Positions 14,701-27,946 of a DNA stretch of 64,000 nt are shown here, in pieces. Positions within the stretch are counted from its first letter, which is position 1. The number at the start of each line of letters is the position of its first letter. Location: positions 6,138,001 through 6,202,000 of the forward strand of contig CATNEN010000001.1 of the NCBI GenBank assembly GCA_950097015.1, given 5' to 3'. Under the pieces are notes generated by a model. The model did not search any database, was not told where the DNA came from, and worked only from the letters and a program-made list of their open reading frames with translations. The position numbers and the translations under genes were made by a program. Origin of the DNA: Macrostomum hystrix (lineage: Eukaryota > Animalia > Platyhelminthes).

Positions 14701-17700
14701 CCTGGGATTTTGTAGTTTTCATGCCTGGGATTTTGTATTTTTGATGCTTGGGATTTTGTAGTTTTGATGCTTGGGATTTTGTAGTTTTGATGCCTGGGTT
14801 TTGTAGTTTTGATGCCTGGGATTTTGTAGTTTTGATGCTTGGGATTTTGTAGTTTTGATGCCTGGGATTTTGTAGTTTTGATGCCTGGTATTTTGTAGTT
14901 TTGATGCCTGGGATTTTGTAGTTTTGATGCTTGGGATTTTGTAGTTTTGATGCTTGGGATTTTGTAGTTTTGATGCCTGGGATTTTGTAGTTTTGATGCC
15001 TGGGATTTTGTAGTTTTGATGCCTGGGATTTTGTAGTTTTGATGCTTGGGATTTTGTAGTTTTGATGCTTGGGATTTTGTAGTTTTGATGCCTGGGATTT
15101 TGTAGTTTTGATGCTTGGGATTTTGTAGTTTTGATGCTTGGGATTTTGTAGTTTTGATGCCTGGGATTTTGTAGTTTTGATGCCTGGGATTTTGTAGTTT
15201 TGATGCCTGGGATTTTGTAGTTTTGATGCTTGGGATTTTGTAGTTTTGATGCCTGGGATTTTGTAGTTTTGATGCCTGGGATTTTGTAGTTTTGATGCCT
15301 GGGATTTTGTAGTTTTGATGCTTGGGATTTTGTAGTTTTGATGCCTGGGATTTTGTAGTTTTGATGCCTGGGATTTTATAGTTTTGATGCCTGGGATTTT
15401 GTAGTTTTGATGCCTGGGATTTTGTAGTTTTGATGCTTGGGTTTTTCTAATTTGAAATTCGATGCTGGCAAATCTATAGAGGTAGTTTAAGGATATTTTG
15501 TAAGGTGTCCTACATTTCTCCTATTTTCATCTCCTCCCAACAGAAGCTGAACAAGCGCCAGATTGCTCGCTCCCGTTTCGTCATCTCCTCGCTGCTCTGG
15601 GGCAGCGATGGCAACGGCCTGGGCGGCGTTGGCGGCGGCTCCTCCGATGAGCAGGACAAGGCCAAGAATGTGCGACAGACGGAACTGCTGGTCACCCTGC
15701 GCGACGCCATCCATCAGATTGGCCGCCACTTCAAGCAGCATGATGCCAAACACTCGAACATTGCTCTGCAGGCGGACTACAGCTTGGAGAGCCATGCTCA
15801 GGATTTGGAGCACTATGTTCAGGTTGGCTCCTACTCAACCTACCTGATCCACCTACTCAACCTACCTGATCCATCTACTCAACCTACCTGATCCATCTAC
15901 TCAACCTTCCTGATCCATCTACTCAACCTTCCTGATCCATCTACTCAACCTTCCTGATCCATCTACTCAACCTACCTGATCCATCTACTCAACCTACCTG
16001 ATCCATCTACTCAACCTTCCTGATCCATCTACTCAACCTTCCTGATCCATCCTCTCAACCTACCTGATCCATCTACTCAACCTACCTGATTCATCTACTC
16101 AACCTACCTGATCCATCTACTCAACCTACCTGATCCATCCTCTCAACCTACCTGATCCATCTACTCAACCTACCTGATCCGTCTACTCAACCTACCTGAT
16201 CCATCTACTCATACTAAACACACTAACATACTAAACACACTTCAGCCACTTTATAAATCCGCACAATAAACACACCTCACTCACTCAATAAACACACCCA
16301 ACCCCTACAATAAACACACCCAACCTCTACAATAAACACACCAAACCCACACAATAAACCCAGCATTCGCTTCATAAAAAATCCAAATCCCAATCCAGGT
16401 TGCCCGCGGTCGCCGACGCCGAGTCAAGGCCCTCCTGGATTTCGAGCGTCACGACGATGACGAGCTCGGCTTCCGCAAGAACGACATCATCACGGTAGTA
16501 TCAATGCGGGATGAGCACTGCTGGGTTGGCGAGCTTAACGGTCTGCGCGGCTGGTTCCCGGCTAAATTCGTTGAACTATTGGACGAACGGTCGAAGGATT
16601 ATTCATCTGCTGGCGACGATTCGGTTAACGAAGGCATCACCGATCTGGTGCGGGGCACCTTCTGTCCGGCATTCAAGGAGGTTTTCGAGCACGGACTGAA
16701 GCGCAGCCACCTGCTCGGCGGCACAGCTCATCCCTGGCTGTTCATTGAGGAGGCATCGGCCAAGGAGGTTGAGAAGGACTTCAATTCTGTGTACAGCAGG
16801 CTGGTGCTGTGCAAAACTTTTCGTCTGGACGAAGATGGCAAAGTGTTGACACCGGAAGAGATTCTTTATCGGGTGCGTACGAATTTGTCCCAGGACAAAG
16901 GATTTTTAATTGGGATTTTATCTGAAATTTCTGGGGTCCTTAGAATAGGGATTTTATCTGGAATTTCTGGGGTCCTTAGAATAGGGATTTTATCTGAAAT
17001 TTCTGAGATCCTTAGAATGGGGATTTTATCTGAAGTTTCTGAGATCTTTAGAATGGGGATTTTCTCAGACATTACTGAGATTATTAGAATGGGGATTTCA
17101 TTAGAAATTTCTGGTATCTTTAAATGGGATTTCTAATCTATTTTAGGATCTTCAAATTTGGATTCTCTCAGATAAGTCGTGTATTATTTAAATTTAGCGC
17201 TTTGCTCTACAGAAATATTTCTCTGATCGTCAGAATAAGTATTTTGCCAGAACTTACTCGCACCCTTTAGAATGGGGAATGTTATTTTTCAAACATTAAA
17301 AAAATTATTTCGGGTTTTTAAGCAACTTGTCGCATCTTTAAAATGAGGATTTTCGTCTAAAATTTCAAAGACCCCCTATAATGAATATTTTTAGACATTT
17401 CTAGAATTCTTCAATCTGAAGTTTGACATCTGTTCAGGAAGTTACTTTTAACCTATCTCTTCTCCCCTCCCCAACCCCAGGCGGTGCAGACTGTCAATTT
17501 GACACACGACGCGGCGCACGCCCAAATGGACGTTAAATTTCGCTCCCTAATGTGCTACGGCCTGAATGAACAGGTGCTGCACCTGTGGCTAGAGGCATTG
17601 TGCAGCTGCGAAGATGTAGTCAAGAAATGGTACCATTCGTGGTCTTTCCTGCGCAGTCCTGGTTGGGTGCAAATCAAATGCGAATTGAGGTGAGTGTTTT

Positions 17701-18942
17701 GCCTGTTTTTCATTATGTTTTACCTTATACCTGCGTCTCAGTTCGATTGGCTTTAGATTACTGGAAGTGACAGACTAACAGGCTCTGGGTTACTAGGGGT
17801 GACATTTTGTAGATTACAGAGGGTGACAGGCTGTAGATTACAGAGGTTGACAGGCTGTAGATTACAAAGGGTGACAGGCTGTAGATTACAGAGGGTGACA
17901 GGCTGTAGATTACAGAGGGTGACAGGCTGTAGATTACTAAGGGTGACAGGCTGTAGATTACTAAGGGTGACAGGCTGTAGATTAGTAAGGGTGACAGGCT
18001 GTAGATTACAGAGGGTGACAGGCTGTAGATTACTAATGGTGACAGGCTGTAGATTACAGAGGTTGACAGGCTGTAGATTACAAAGGGTGACAGGCTGTAG
18101 ATTACTAAGGGTGACAGGCTGTAGATTACAGTGGGTGACAGGCTGTAGATTACAGAGGTTGACAGGCTGTAGATTACAAAGGGTGACAGGCTGTAGATTA
18201 CAGAGGGTGACAGGCTGTAGATTACAGAGGGTGACAGGCTGTAGATTACTAAGGGTGACAGGCTGTAGATTACTAAGGGTGACAGGCTGTAGATTAGTAA
18301 GGGTGACAGGCTGTAGATTACAGAGGGTGACAGGCTGTAGATTACTAATGGTGACAGGCTGTAGATTACAGAGGTTGACAGGCTGTAGATTACAAAGGGT
18401 GACAGGCTGTAGATTACTAAGGGTGACAGGCTGTAGATTACAGTGGGTGACAGGCTGTAGATTACAGAGGGTGACAGGCTGTAGATTACAGAGGGTGACA
18501 GGCTGTAGATTACTAATGGTGACAGGCTGTCGATTACAGAGGTTGACAGGCTGTAGATTACTAAGGGTGACAGGCTGTAGATTACTAAGGGTGACAGGCT
18601 GTAGATTACAAAGGGTGACAGGCTGTAGATTACTAAGGGTGACAGGCTGTAGATTACAGTGGGTGACAGGCTGTAGATTACAAAGGGTGACAGGCTGTAG
18701 ATTACAGAGGGTGACAGGCTGTAGATTACTAAGGGTGACAGACAGTAGATTACAGAGGTGACAGGGAGATAATTACAGTGTCATCTCCTCCTCACAGGCT
18801 TCTTGCCCAGTTCGCATTTCGGCTGAATATTCTTTACGAGCTACCCAAGGGCAAGGTGACCAAGGACACTAAATTGGGCATTCGCGAGGACGTTCGCGAT
18901 ATGCTAATTAAGCATCACCTGTTCAGTTGGGAGCTTGATTGA
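5790..18942 (+). CDS. SGSM3: Small G protein signaling modulator 3 (TBC-SH3-RUN), 10 coding exons
   Basis: Exons 5790-5891, 5965-6031, 6290-6735, 7353-7683, 12957-13102, 13547-13777, 15544-15822, 16399-16872, 17481-17689, 18798-18942, all GT-AG. Motifs [37 protein letters not shown]3 [11 protein letters not shown] domain, terminal [13 protein letters not shown]. Confidence 0.96.
6055..6180. repeat. 20-bp minisatellite (ATTGTCTTCCCATCCCTCTC)n, about 6 copies, SGSM3 intron 2
   Basis: Tandem periodicity. Confidence 0.9.
6821..7133 (-). mobile_element. tRNA-derived SINE, family 1 copy
   Basis: Reverse complement aligns by eye to 47304-47662 (A box TGGCAGAGC, B-box-like GAGCTCGA, body CTGACGATGAGAAAGTCAG, GGCTGCGGGTCTAGTGTCACCAAATGATGT). 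Confidence 0.85.
7704..7773 (+). pseudogene. tRNA-like sequence (tRNA pseudogene or head of a second SINE family)
   Basis: A box TAGCCTAGTGGTTAGAGC and B box GGTTCGATTCC are present, but the D, anticodon and T stems are imperfect. Confidence 0.55.
7803..8123 (+). mobile_element. tRNA-derived SINE, family 1 copy
   Basis: Aligns to the other copies along nearly its whole length; the tail is missing. Confidence 0.85.
8950..12907. repeat. 30-bp minisatellite (CTAGAATGTACACTCATCCCCAACCAATCT)n, about 130 copies, SGSM3 intron 4
   Basis: Tandem periodicity with a degenerate 5' edge and recurring variant cassettes. Confidence 0.98.
13845..15441. repeat. 23-bp minisatellite (GCCTGGGATTTTGTAGTTTTGAT)n, about 70 copies, SGSM3 intron 6
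   Basis: Tandem periodicity. Confidence 0.98.
15830..16210. repeat. 22-bp minisatellite (CTACTCAACCTACCTGATCCAT)n, about 17 copies, SGSM3 intron 7
   Basis: Tandem periodicity starting about 8 nt after the donor. Confidence 0.95.
16895..17135. repeat. Degenerate 36-bp minisatellite, SGSM3 intron 8
   Basis: GGGATTTTATCTGAAATTTCTG...CTTAGAAT units; 12-aa period in the ORF track. Confidence 0.85.
17797..18763. repeat. 24-bp minisatellite (GGGTGACAGGCTGTAGATTACAGA)n, about 40 copies, SGSM3 intron 9
   Basis: Tandem periodicity; 312-bp higher-order duplication. Confidence 0.97.
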
Positions 18943-20164
18943 GTCTTATTTATTTATTAAACACTGTTTTATTTGGCGGTTAAATTTATCTTGTACTTTC
19001 AACAGATATAAAGCACATCGATGTTAATCTATTTGTCTTGTAGTCACTGTCTGTTGCGTTTTGTTTTGTAAAGTTTGTTTTTCTCGGTTATTGTTTCGTA
19101 AAATCAGATAAAAGTCTAATCAAGTTTGTGTTTAAAGTAGTTTGTTTAGAAAATTTGAATTCCCGCCAAATAATGTCGTTAATAAACGACGTTAAGATTA
19201 TGAAAAAGTCTTCACGCTTGACTCTGCTGACAAATATAATTCTAGTCACAATGAACGATCGATTAATTGTCTCACACGAACGCTAGATAAGAAAGTCGGT
19301 TTGCGTGTTTACTGTTTCACCATTCCCAGATGGACTTGCTGTTTTCAATTTTTTTTCTGTTCCTAAATATTCCATGACATTTGTGTGTTTTTTAACGACT
19401 TAAATTTCAATCTACTTCATTACGCATATAGTAACGTTTTTTAATCACTGCGTTTAAAAGGATTCCGTTTGTTTTAACTGTCATCAGCTGAGCTAGAATT
19501 TCATAGATCCAACTTCCAAGACAACGCCTTTAGTTATAACAATTTGCTTAAGTTTTTGTTTTGACATATTATAAAATAGGCTATAAATCATTTTTTGTTA
19601 TTTAGAAATATATATTAAACATAGACTACTGACTTCACAGGATTAGTAGAGTAATACGTACTCATTTTGTCCAAAATATTTTCAGGCATATTTTGAACCT
19701 GTGTGTCATATATTCAGTTTGCGACATGTCGCTTCAGAAATTAGATTATAATTTTCCTCAATGATATAATCCTAAATGTGTTATGAAAAAGAAGCTAAGA
19801 TATTTTCTATATATGTTTCTGCTGGAAATACTTGGCTTGTTTATTGCTATTTTGCCAATTGTTGTAAGCTGGTTTTTTCTGATTTCTGTCTAAAGATTAT
19901 ATATAGATCTTTACTATTTCATTATTCTTTGTACCGCACTAAAGTTATTTAATTTTTTCGCTTAAAAAGATGTATACGTATCCATATTATTAGCATAAAT
20001 ATTTTTCAGTGTCACAATTACTCAAAATCATTTTCAATTCTCTCGCCTATAATTTATGACTTGCTCAGTCTCGGCTCGGTACATATGCATGCGGCGTTTT
20101 TATTGCTTACGCGAACAGGTGTTTTATCACGTGATAAATCAGAGCTAGTAAATATCTAGTGAAC

Positions 20165-20600
20165 CCAGCTCCCACCACCCAACGGCACTCACCACCACAC
20201 GGCACCCACCCCCCACGGCACTCACCACCCCACGGCACCCACCACCCCACAGCACCCACCCCCCACAGCACCCACTCCCCACAGCACCCACCACCCCATG
20301 CACGGCACCCACCACCCCCGGTATCTACCACCCCACAGCACCCACCACCCCCGGTATCTACCACCCCACAGCACCCACCCCCCACAGCACCCACCACCCC
20401 ACGGCATCCACCACCACACAGCACTTACCACCCCACGGCACCCAACACCACAGATCATCCACCACCCCCTAGCACCCAACACCCCACAGCAACCACCACC
20501 AATTAGCGCCCAAATTTTCACAGCACCTTAGCACCAAACACCTCACTGCACCCACCACCCCAAATAACCTACCAACCCACACCACCCACCACTCCATAGC
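20165..20600. repeat. Degenerate C/A-rich minisatellite (CACCCCACAGCACCCAC-like), intergenic
   Basis: Repeated CACCCCACRGCACCC units; G-rich on the minus strand. Confidence 0.85.
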
Positions 20601-22349
20601 TCTCCCCACGGTAACCATAATTTCATAGGCACATCATCAAACACTATTCAAGTTTTGTTTACAATTGCATTCAATATGTTGTAGAATTTAGTCCATGTAC
20701 TTTTAGAAAACTTTCAATGACCGTGTCGAACATTGTGATTTGTGATTATCTCTTTTTTCTTCCCGTTATTTTGTGTCTTGCTAATCTACACTAAGCACTT
20801 CAATATTATTTTTTGTGAGTGTCTAAAGTCCGCACAATATGTGTTAATAATATGCTATATTATTTTTGGCGCGATTAATCTTTCTGTTAACTCGTTAAAT
20901 GTCTTCAAGGTTATCTGCGACGAGATAAAGTACAAACAGGTATAAATAAAATATGTTCTGGCAGCTGGATATAAGTGTCTTGTTGGAAATCTTAAAATTT
21001 GACATAAACCTGACAGCGAAACTAACTTGCATAAATAACTACAGGCTTCCATTGTTATTAATTGTACTCAGTTTTTTTAAACTGAAATTACAATTTTCAA
21101 CTGAAAGGATAATATTCGAACTAAAGGGATGATATTCAACCCGAACAATAGAGCAGTCATTTATATTCCATAATGGCACAGCAGCTGTCACACCAGAGAT
21201 ATGGATAGAAACTGTCTTATTTATAATGCATATTAATAAATTTGTATTTTTGTTAAAAACGAAATCACAACCAAGCAAGATTATATAAAATAATAAATAG
21301 GAAAAGCTACATATTGCCAACAGTAGCACAGTAAAAATGGATGTAGTTCTGAAAGTATATGCTCGAGAAAAAAATAGGGGGAAAAACACAAGAAAACTTT
21401 TAAGGCACTCAAAAGAAATGTAAACAATTTTGTGATTCTTTGGCCAAGATAGACAACAACAACAAACTAAAACTAAATACAGGGAATGTCATAATGAAGG
21501 CTTCCTAACAATGAGAAAGCTGTACTTAATAAGAAACACGTGCCATATGAAAATGACGATAAACAATGTTGTTTATTGAGAGCCAATGTTATCATCTATA
21601 AGTGATAGTAGAAAAACTAAAAACGGATTAGCTTGAAATCCGAAATAGGCAATGTTAGTCAAACGTACTGAAAAAGGAAAACAATGAACCAGTTTTAATC
21701 ATATCTTTTAGCAGCGTATTTCGGCTTTAAAGCATTGGAGCTTTTTTCTGAGTCGAACTGTTTGATGAAGCTAATGAAGCAAATGCATCAAAAGCTCATT
21801 GTTGCCCGTCGGGCAGAAATTCTTGCCCGTTAATCCCCAAATTCCGGGCAGTTTCCCGGAAAAGGCTTCGACCAATAGGAATGGCTTACTGAGGCAAAAA
21901 TGTCTATGGCACAATAACAGTAATACCCATTGACATATAACCAAGTGTGCGTAGACGTCTCAAGCTCGTGTATAGTTTATGGCCCAAAGGCCATCAAAGA
22001 AATAGATTGAAGTGCGCAGTAAATTCTGCAACTGTGCGGTAAATGACATGACTATGCTCTCCGTGCCATCCCTCTTCTGAGCTACTATGCAGTAAATCCC
22101 AGACGGGTATTGTCTATGGGCCGAAGGAGCTGGTCTTGCGCACACACACTTGGTCATAAATCAATGCACTTTTGCTAGGCTTCCGAGTGCGTAAATCTAC
22201 CATTAACGCCCTAAAGCATGGGTAATAATATACCTTTTACTATTGGCTCAAAAAAACGCAACTCGCGATTGGGTTTCACAGTGTCTATGGCCCAAATTGA
22301 CAATTAACAATTCCAAGCCTAAAACTGGCAGTCAAAAGGCCGTATTAGT

Positions 22350-24857
22350 TCACATGATAATCTGATTCCTGTAGCTTCTATCCAGTTCCTTATGCGGCAG
22401 AACAATAGAATTGCGAACAATCACTTCAGCCGGCACCTCAACCTGGGAGCCAATCACAGTGCAGGATGGGTTCAGCTGGCCGCTCTCGTTGAACAATTCC
22501 AGAGTGGCAATCTTGGCAAATGGCTTATTAGGATTGGGATCAGTTGGCGTGCCTTCAACTCTGGTCCATTCGCCGATGTTGGCATTGCCGCCAATCACAC
22601 TGAACATCACGCAGGCGTGGTCTCGAATGGCGCTGCCGTGCAGTACGATGCAGTCTCTGAGACGCACACCGTCGCCAATGGTTGCGTAGCGATCCACGGA
22701 CACGTTTGGCCCCAGAACAGCGGTGGGGCTAACACTGGCGCTCGGGTGAATGTACACATCCCCAATGATGCCAGGACCAGTCCTGGAATCAGCCAGCCAA
22801 TCAGGGTGGCTGCTTCGGTACAGATTCAGGATGTGTCGGTTGGCATAGATGGCCGCGCTGGAATTAACAGGATGATCAGATATGATCATTACCCACATGA
22901 CCAATCATGCAGCTATGATCATTACCCACATGACCAATCATGCAGCTATGATCATTAACCACATGACCAATCATGCAGCTATGATCATTAACCACATGAC
23001 CAATCATACAGCTATGATCATTACCCACATGACCAATCATGCAGCTATGATCATTAACCACATGACCAATCATACAGCTATGATCATTAACCACATGACC
23101 AATCATACAGCTATGATCATTACCCACATGACCAATCATGCAGCTATGATCATTAACCACATGACCAATCATACAGCTATGATCATTAACCACATGACCA
23201 ATCATACAGCTATGATCATTACCCACATGACCAATCATGCATCTATGATCATTAACCACATGACCAATCATGCAGCAATGATCATCACCCACATGACCAA
23301 TCATGCAGCAATGATCATCACCCACATGACCAATCATGCAGCAATGATCATCACCCACATGACCAATGTGCTATGATCATATCCCACCTGCCCATGACAA
23401 AGAAAATCTTTTCAAATCTCACCCGGCCGATTTAACCTGACTCCAGAAGCGCTTAGTAACATAGGCGAATAGGCAGTGCTGGCTGGCCAAAGGTTGGAAC
23501 ACTTCCTTCTCCATGTGTACCGACTCGCTGCACTGACCCGAGAGATCGAAGCTGGAAATGTATAGGTGAATGCCTGATGGTCCAATCCAGAAAAAAACTT
23601 TTGTTTGCAAAGTGATTTAACTTGCTTGTGTAAGACTTACTTAAAGTGTCTATCATGATGAGCTTTGACTGCGGCTTTCAGGTGTACAAAAATGCCAGGC
23701 GACAAAATGTACACACCGCAATTGATCATGTTGCTCACAAATGTGGCTGGCTTCTCAACATAATGCAAAATCTGCAAGTCAAGCGAGTTAATCATTAAAA
23801 AGTTTCGATTTATCTTTTATATGACCAAAGAAAACATGCAATTTTAACAAGAAAAAAACTATCCTCATTTTTCTACAAAAAATATTTTAAAGAAATAAAC
23901 TTTGTCTGTAGTACAGTTTTTTAAATCAACATACTATAAACTACTTTTCTAAGAAAATAACTTTCTAAGAAACAAACTTTATAAGAAATTAACTTTATAA
24001 GAAATTAGCTTTCTAAGAAATTAGCTTTCTAAGAAATTAGCTTTCTAAGAAATTAGCTTTCTAAGAAATTAGCTTTCTAAGAAATTAGCTTTCTAAGAAA
24101 TTAGCTTTCTAAGAAATTAGCTTTCTAAGAAATTAGCTTTCTAAGAAATTAGCTTTCTAAGAAATTAGCTTTCTAAGAAATTAGCTTTCTAAGAAATTAG
24201 CTTTCTAAGAAATTAGCTTTCTAAGAAATTAGCTTTCTAAGAAATTAGCTTTCTATGAATACAATGAAGGCTGATTTTATAGTAATATATTGTCTAGGAC
24301 TAAAAACTCTCGAAGCGAAATTGTTGCAGAAAACCTCACGCCAGCCCACTCACTTCATTCGTGGCCTTGTCAATCACAGCGCAGCCGTATTCCACACTCT
24401 GCGATCGCGTAGCCTCGGTGCACATGATAGTAAAAGTTCCTGGCTTGTGATTGGCCAGCATGTCAGCCAATTGGAAGTCGCAGCAGACGTCAGAGTTCAT
24501 GACAAAGAAAGCGTCCGGTTCGCCGCTCATAATCTGGTCGCGAAAGTGAAACAGGCCCCCAGCTGTGCCCAACGCTGTGAACTCCTGGAGGTAGCGAATT
24601 TTCACTCCGAACTTCTGCTGACACTCGTCAACAAAGTGGCAGAATTGTTCCCGGGGATAATAGCCTATCAGGAGAATTTCTTTCATCCCTGTAACTTTGG
24701 CGCACGCTTCAACGTGATGATACACGATTGGAAAGCCGGCAATTGAGAACAACGGAGTCGGCTGGTCCATGCTTAGCGGACGAAATCTTGTGCTCTTAGC
24801 GGGACCACCGAGAAGGATGATGGCCTTGTAGGTTTCCTGGCCAGTGTTGGAAATCAT
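22350..24857 (-). CDS. GMPPA: Mannose-1-phosphate guanyltransferase alpha, 4 coding exons
   Basis: Exons 24857-24354, 23771-23641, 23551-23423, 22857-22350 with consistent phases. GGPAKSTRFRPLS (alpha-type insertion), LGTAGGLFHFRDQI, HYVEKP, WSQVKSAG, hexapeptide repeats, PHKEL..S..NQII. Confidence 0.96.
22882..23378. repeat. 33-bp minisatellite (ATGATCATTACCCACATGACCAATCATGCAGCT)n, about 15 copies, GMPPA intron 3
   Basis: Tandem periodicity. Confidence 0.96.
23945..24254. repeat. 16-bp minisatellite (GAAATTAGCTTTCTAA)n, GMPPA intron 1
   Basis: Tandem periodicity. Confidence 0.96.
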
Positions 24858-24949
24858 CTTGATGGCGCGAATTCAAATTTGCTGCAAAATCATAACAAAA
24901 TAAGTCGATAACGTACGAGATACGACATACGAGAGATAATACCGATCAC

Positions 24950-25298
24950 AGGAGATCAAGGAGACCTAGGGATCATTTGAGATCTAGGGGATCAAAGGAG
25001 GTCTAGGGATCAAAGTAGATCTAGGGGATCAAAGTAGATCTAGGGGATCAAAGTAGATCTAGGGGATCAAAGTAGATCTAGGGGATCAAAGTAGATCTAG
25101 GGGATCAAAGTAGATCTTGGGGATCAAAGGAGATCTAGGGGATCATTGGAGATCTAGGGGATCAAAGTAGATCTAGGGGATCAAAGTAGATCTAGGGGAT
25201 CAAAGTAGAGCTAGGGGATCAAAGTAGATCTAGGGGATCAAAGTAGATCTAGGGGATCAAAGTAGATCTAGGGGATCAAAGGAGATCTAGGGGATCAT
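24950..25298. repeat. 19-bp minisatellite (GATCTAGGGGATCAAAGTA)n between UBE2G2 and GMPPA
   Basis: Tandem periodicity. Confidence 0.95.
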
Positions 25299-25612
25299 TA
25301 ACAGATACTATCAGATGCAAATCAAAATAATTTATGTACATAAAAAAGAAAATCGAATTGCAAAAAACATTGCTTGAAATGAAAGCAAGAAAGCGCAAAA
25401 ACCTCTCTGATTTTAATTCTTACACAAAAAAGACACTACAAATGAAATTTAAGTGAACCAATGTAAGCTTAAAACATAAAATACCTAATTGTCAGACATA
25501 CAGTAGACACGGCACTGTGCATCATATGGAGAGGGACACAACAGAAAACTATGGGCAGAAGGCTAATGCAACGCATTTCTAGATGACAGATATCTAGTTA
25601 GTATTTGGTGAT

Positions 25613-27946
25613 TCAAACGCCAAGCGATTGGCGTACAGTGGCTCGAGCTCTTTGCACAAACATATCGTAATTGTCGCGATACATTTTACCAGCGTCCACA
25701 TTAGCCGGACTATCAGCATTGGGCTCAGCCAGAATGCTCAGCACCGATAACAGGATCTTCTCAACGCTTTGCACCGGACTCCAGCGCTCCTGTGAGCTCT
25801 CATAGCCAGTCGGATCCTCACCTGGTGGATGTAGGATGCTGATGCACACGTTGCCATCCTTGTAGATATTCGGATGAAAGATTTCGTTAACAAAGCGCAG
25901 CTTCGGCGGATTCAAAGGATAATCCAGCGGAAAGGTCATGATGGCAGTGAACAGGCCGCCTTCGAATGGGCTCTGCTCGGGACCTCTGCGGAATGCAGGT
26001 GTGCGCGCCATTATATAATGCAGTTAGGATTGCACGTTGACTAGACAATGCCACTTGCTACTGGATTCTACTAGATAGTAGAAAGCATCTAAATCATTAA
26101 CAATACTTACTTAATTAGTGCCTCCCATTCAAAGAAATTTTCGCACGACTTTGGACCGGCAACGATGCCCTCTGGTGGGTCCTCGGTCAGCTCTGCAATG
26201 TGGCCACAATAATCAAATCACAGGTTTGAAAAACTGGATTCAAGATCGAAAATGAGACACTGGAGAGAAGATGGTGGCTGAGTGGCAGAGAGGTTAATGT
26301 GTTTGCCTCTCGCACCAAGGTCCATGAACTTGATTCTGCAGCGAGGCCACCTTAATTTGGGGCCAGCCACTGAGAGATTGCTTGGGTGCTTGTTACGCAA
26401 CATACAGTCTTAAAGCCAAACCTCCAAGGCCTAGTGAGAGTGTACACTGCCTGACGATGAGAAAGTCAGGGCAGATGTACACACCTGTGTGAGCGTGTGC
26501 TCAGGAGTCAGCAAAATGGGCAGAATTGCCTCCTTGCTAGATGTGGGTCTACTGTCACCAAATGATGTTCCATTTCCTGGAGCTCTCCCGAAATTATTAC
26601 TTTTAGGGTATAGATTAGACAGAGAAGATATAAGGTTGTACATAGGTACAACAAATGAAAGAATGTTTTTGAAACTATTGAAATAGAAAGATTGTGTGGG
26701 CTGTATCTCACTCAAGAATGAAACATATGGCCTACTAATATTAGAGCCAGCAAATATTTGTACATCTACTTAATATTTTATTATTTTTGGTAAGTTGTGC
26801 AAAGTCTGAAAAGCACATCTTATATACAAAGTTGCACCTTAGAAATGACACTTATAGCCTAGAGAAATTTTAAAAAGCAGTTTTTTAATTAAAATTTATA
26901 ATTTCACTTTTAAATTGAGACTAAATTATCATATTTTTTCATATTTTCAAAGCAAATTTAATACAATAGCATCAAACAACACAATTACTTTTAAAAAAGA
27001 AGAGACATGAGATAAAGAAATTCATATTTATCTTGCTTATTTTCTCCAAAATTATGACTTTCAATTTTAAAGCATAGACTTTCTTAATTGGTTACTTCTA
27101 GTTATCTTGCATTTTCACCCAAATTTGATATTTTCATTTTGTATATATTTTATTGTTACTTTTTCATTTGCCCTTATAATAATGCTAACAATGTTGTGTA
27201 GCCATAATTTGAGGGCCAAGTTGTGTGGATGTCATGGTGTGTGAGGTCAAGAAACTTTAATTCAATTATAGGCCTAACTCACATAATAACTCTCATTTCA
27301 ATAGCTCAGATGATGGCTAAATAACATAGTTAGCATTTTGGTGTATTATCAAAATAAACTGTTAAGGCAGAATACGTTTTTGAGGGGTTGAGGGGTTTGG
27401 AGTGCATATGAACTAACATTAGCAAGTTGCATGTTTATTGACTGCGGCAGCTATTAAATTTGTGAAACTGCAAGATTGCTAAATATTGCTTTTTGTCAAA
27501 CTATGCCATAAAATGGTAAAATTGAATAAATTGTATGATATGTCTTAGTTAATTAGGAAATAATTTAATATCTTAGGCTTAGGCTACTAGTAGGCTTATG
27601 TATCATTACTAGTAGGCCTACTATAAATTATAATCACTAACTCAGCCAGTGTTATTTCATGAAAAAGTATACATCATATCAGTAATAAAGTAGACAATCC
27701 ATAGCTTAAATTAGATTGTAAAAAACAGCTATCCTTGAAAACTTACTGGTCTATACCATAACTACAAGTAGCAATACTATCAGTAGCTATCTATGATTTC
27801 TAAAAAAAGTCTGCGATGGTTTTTAATTAAATAGGTTTCATATCTGTCAGTGAATGTCAATCGAAAATCTGTAGACGTTCACAAAATTCCAATAAAAACT
27901 TACTTTTAAACTCAGCTTTAAGACGTTTAATTGCAGCACCAGCCAT
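25613..27946 (-). CDS. UBE2G2: Ubiquitin-conjugating enzyme E2 G2 (Ubc7), 3 coding exons
   Basis: Exons 27946-27904, 26192-26111, 25985-25613. MAGAAIKRL, PPEGIVAGP, FFEWEALI, FHPNIY..G.VCISILH, ERWSPVQSVEKILLSV. Confidence 0.97.
26273..26600 (+). mobile_element. tRNA-derived SINE, family 1 copy (diverged, internal deletion) in UBE2G2 intron 1
   Basis: Shares head, CTGACGATGAGAAAGTCAGGGCAG body and ATT tail with the other copies. Confidence 0.82.
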
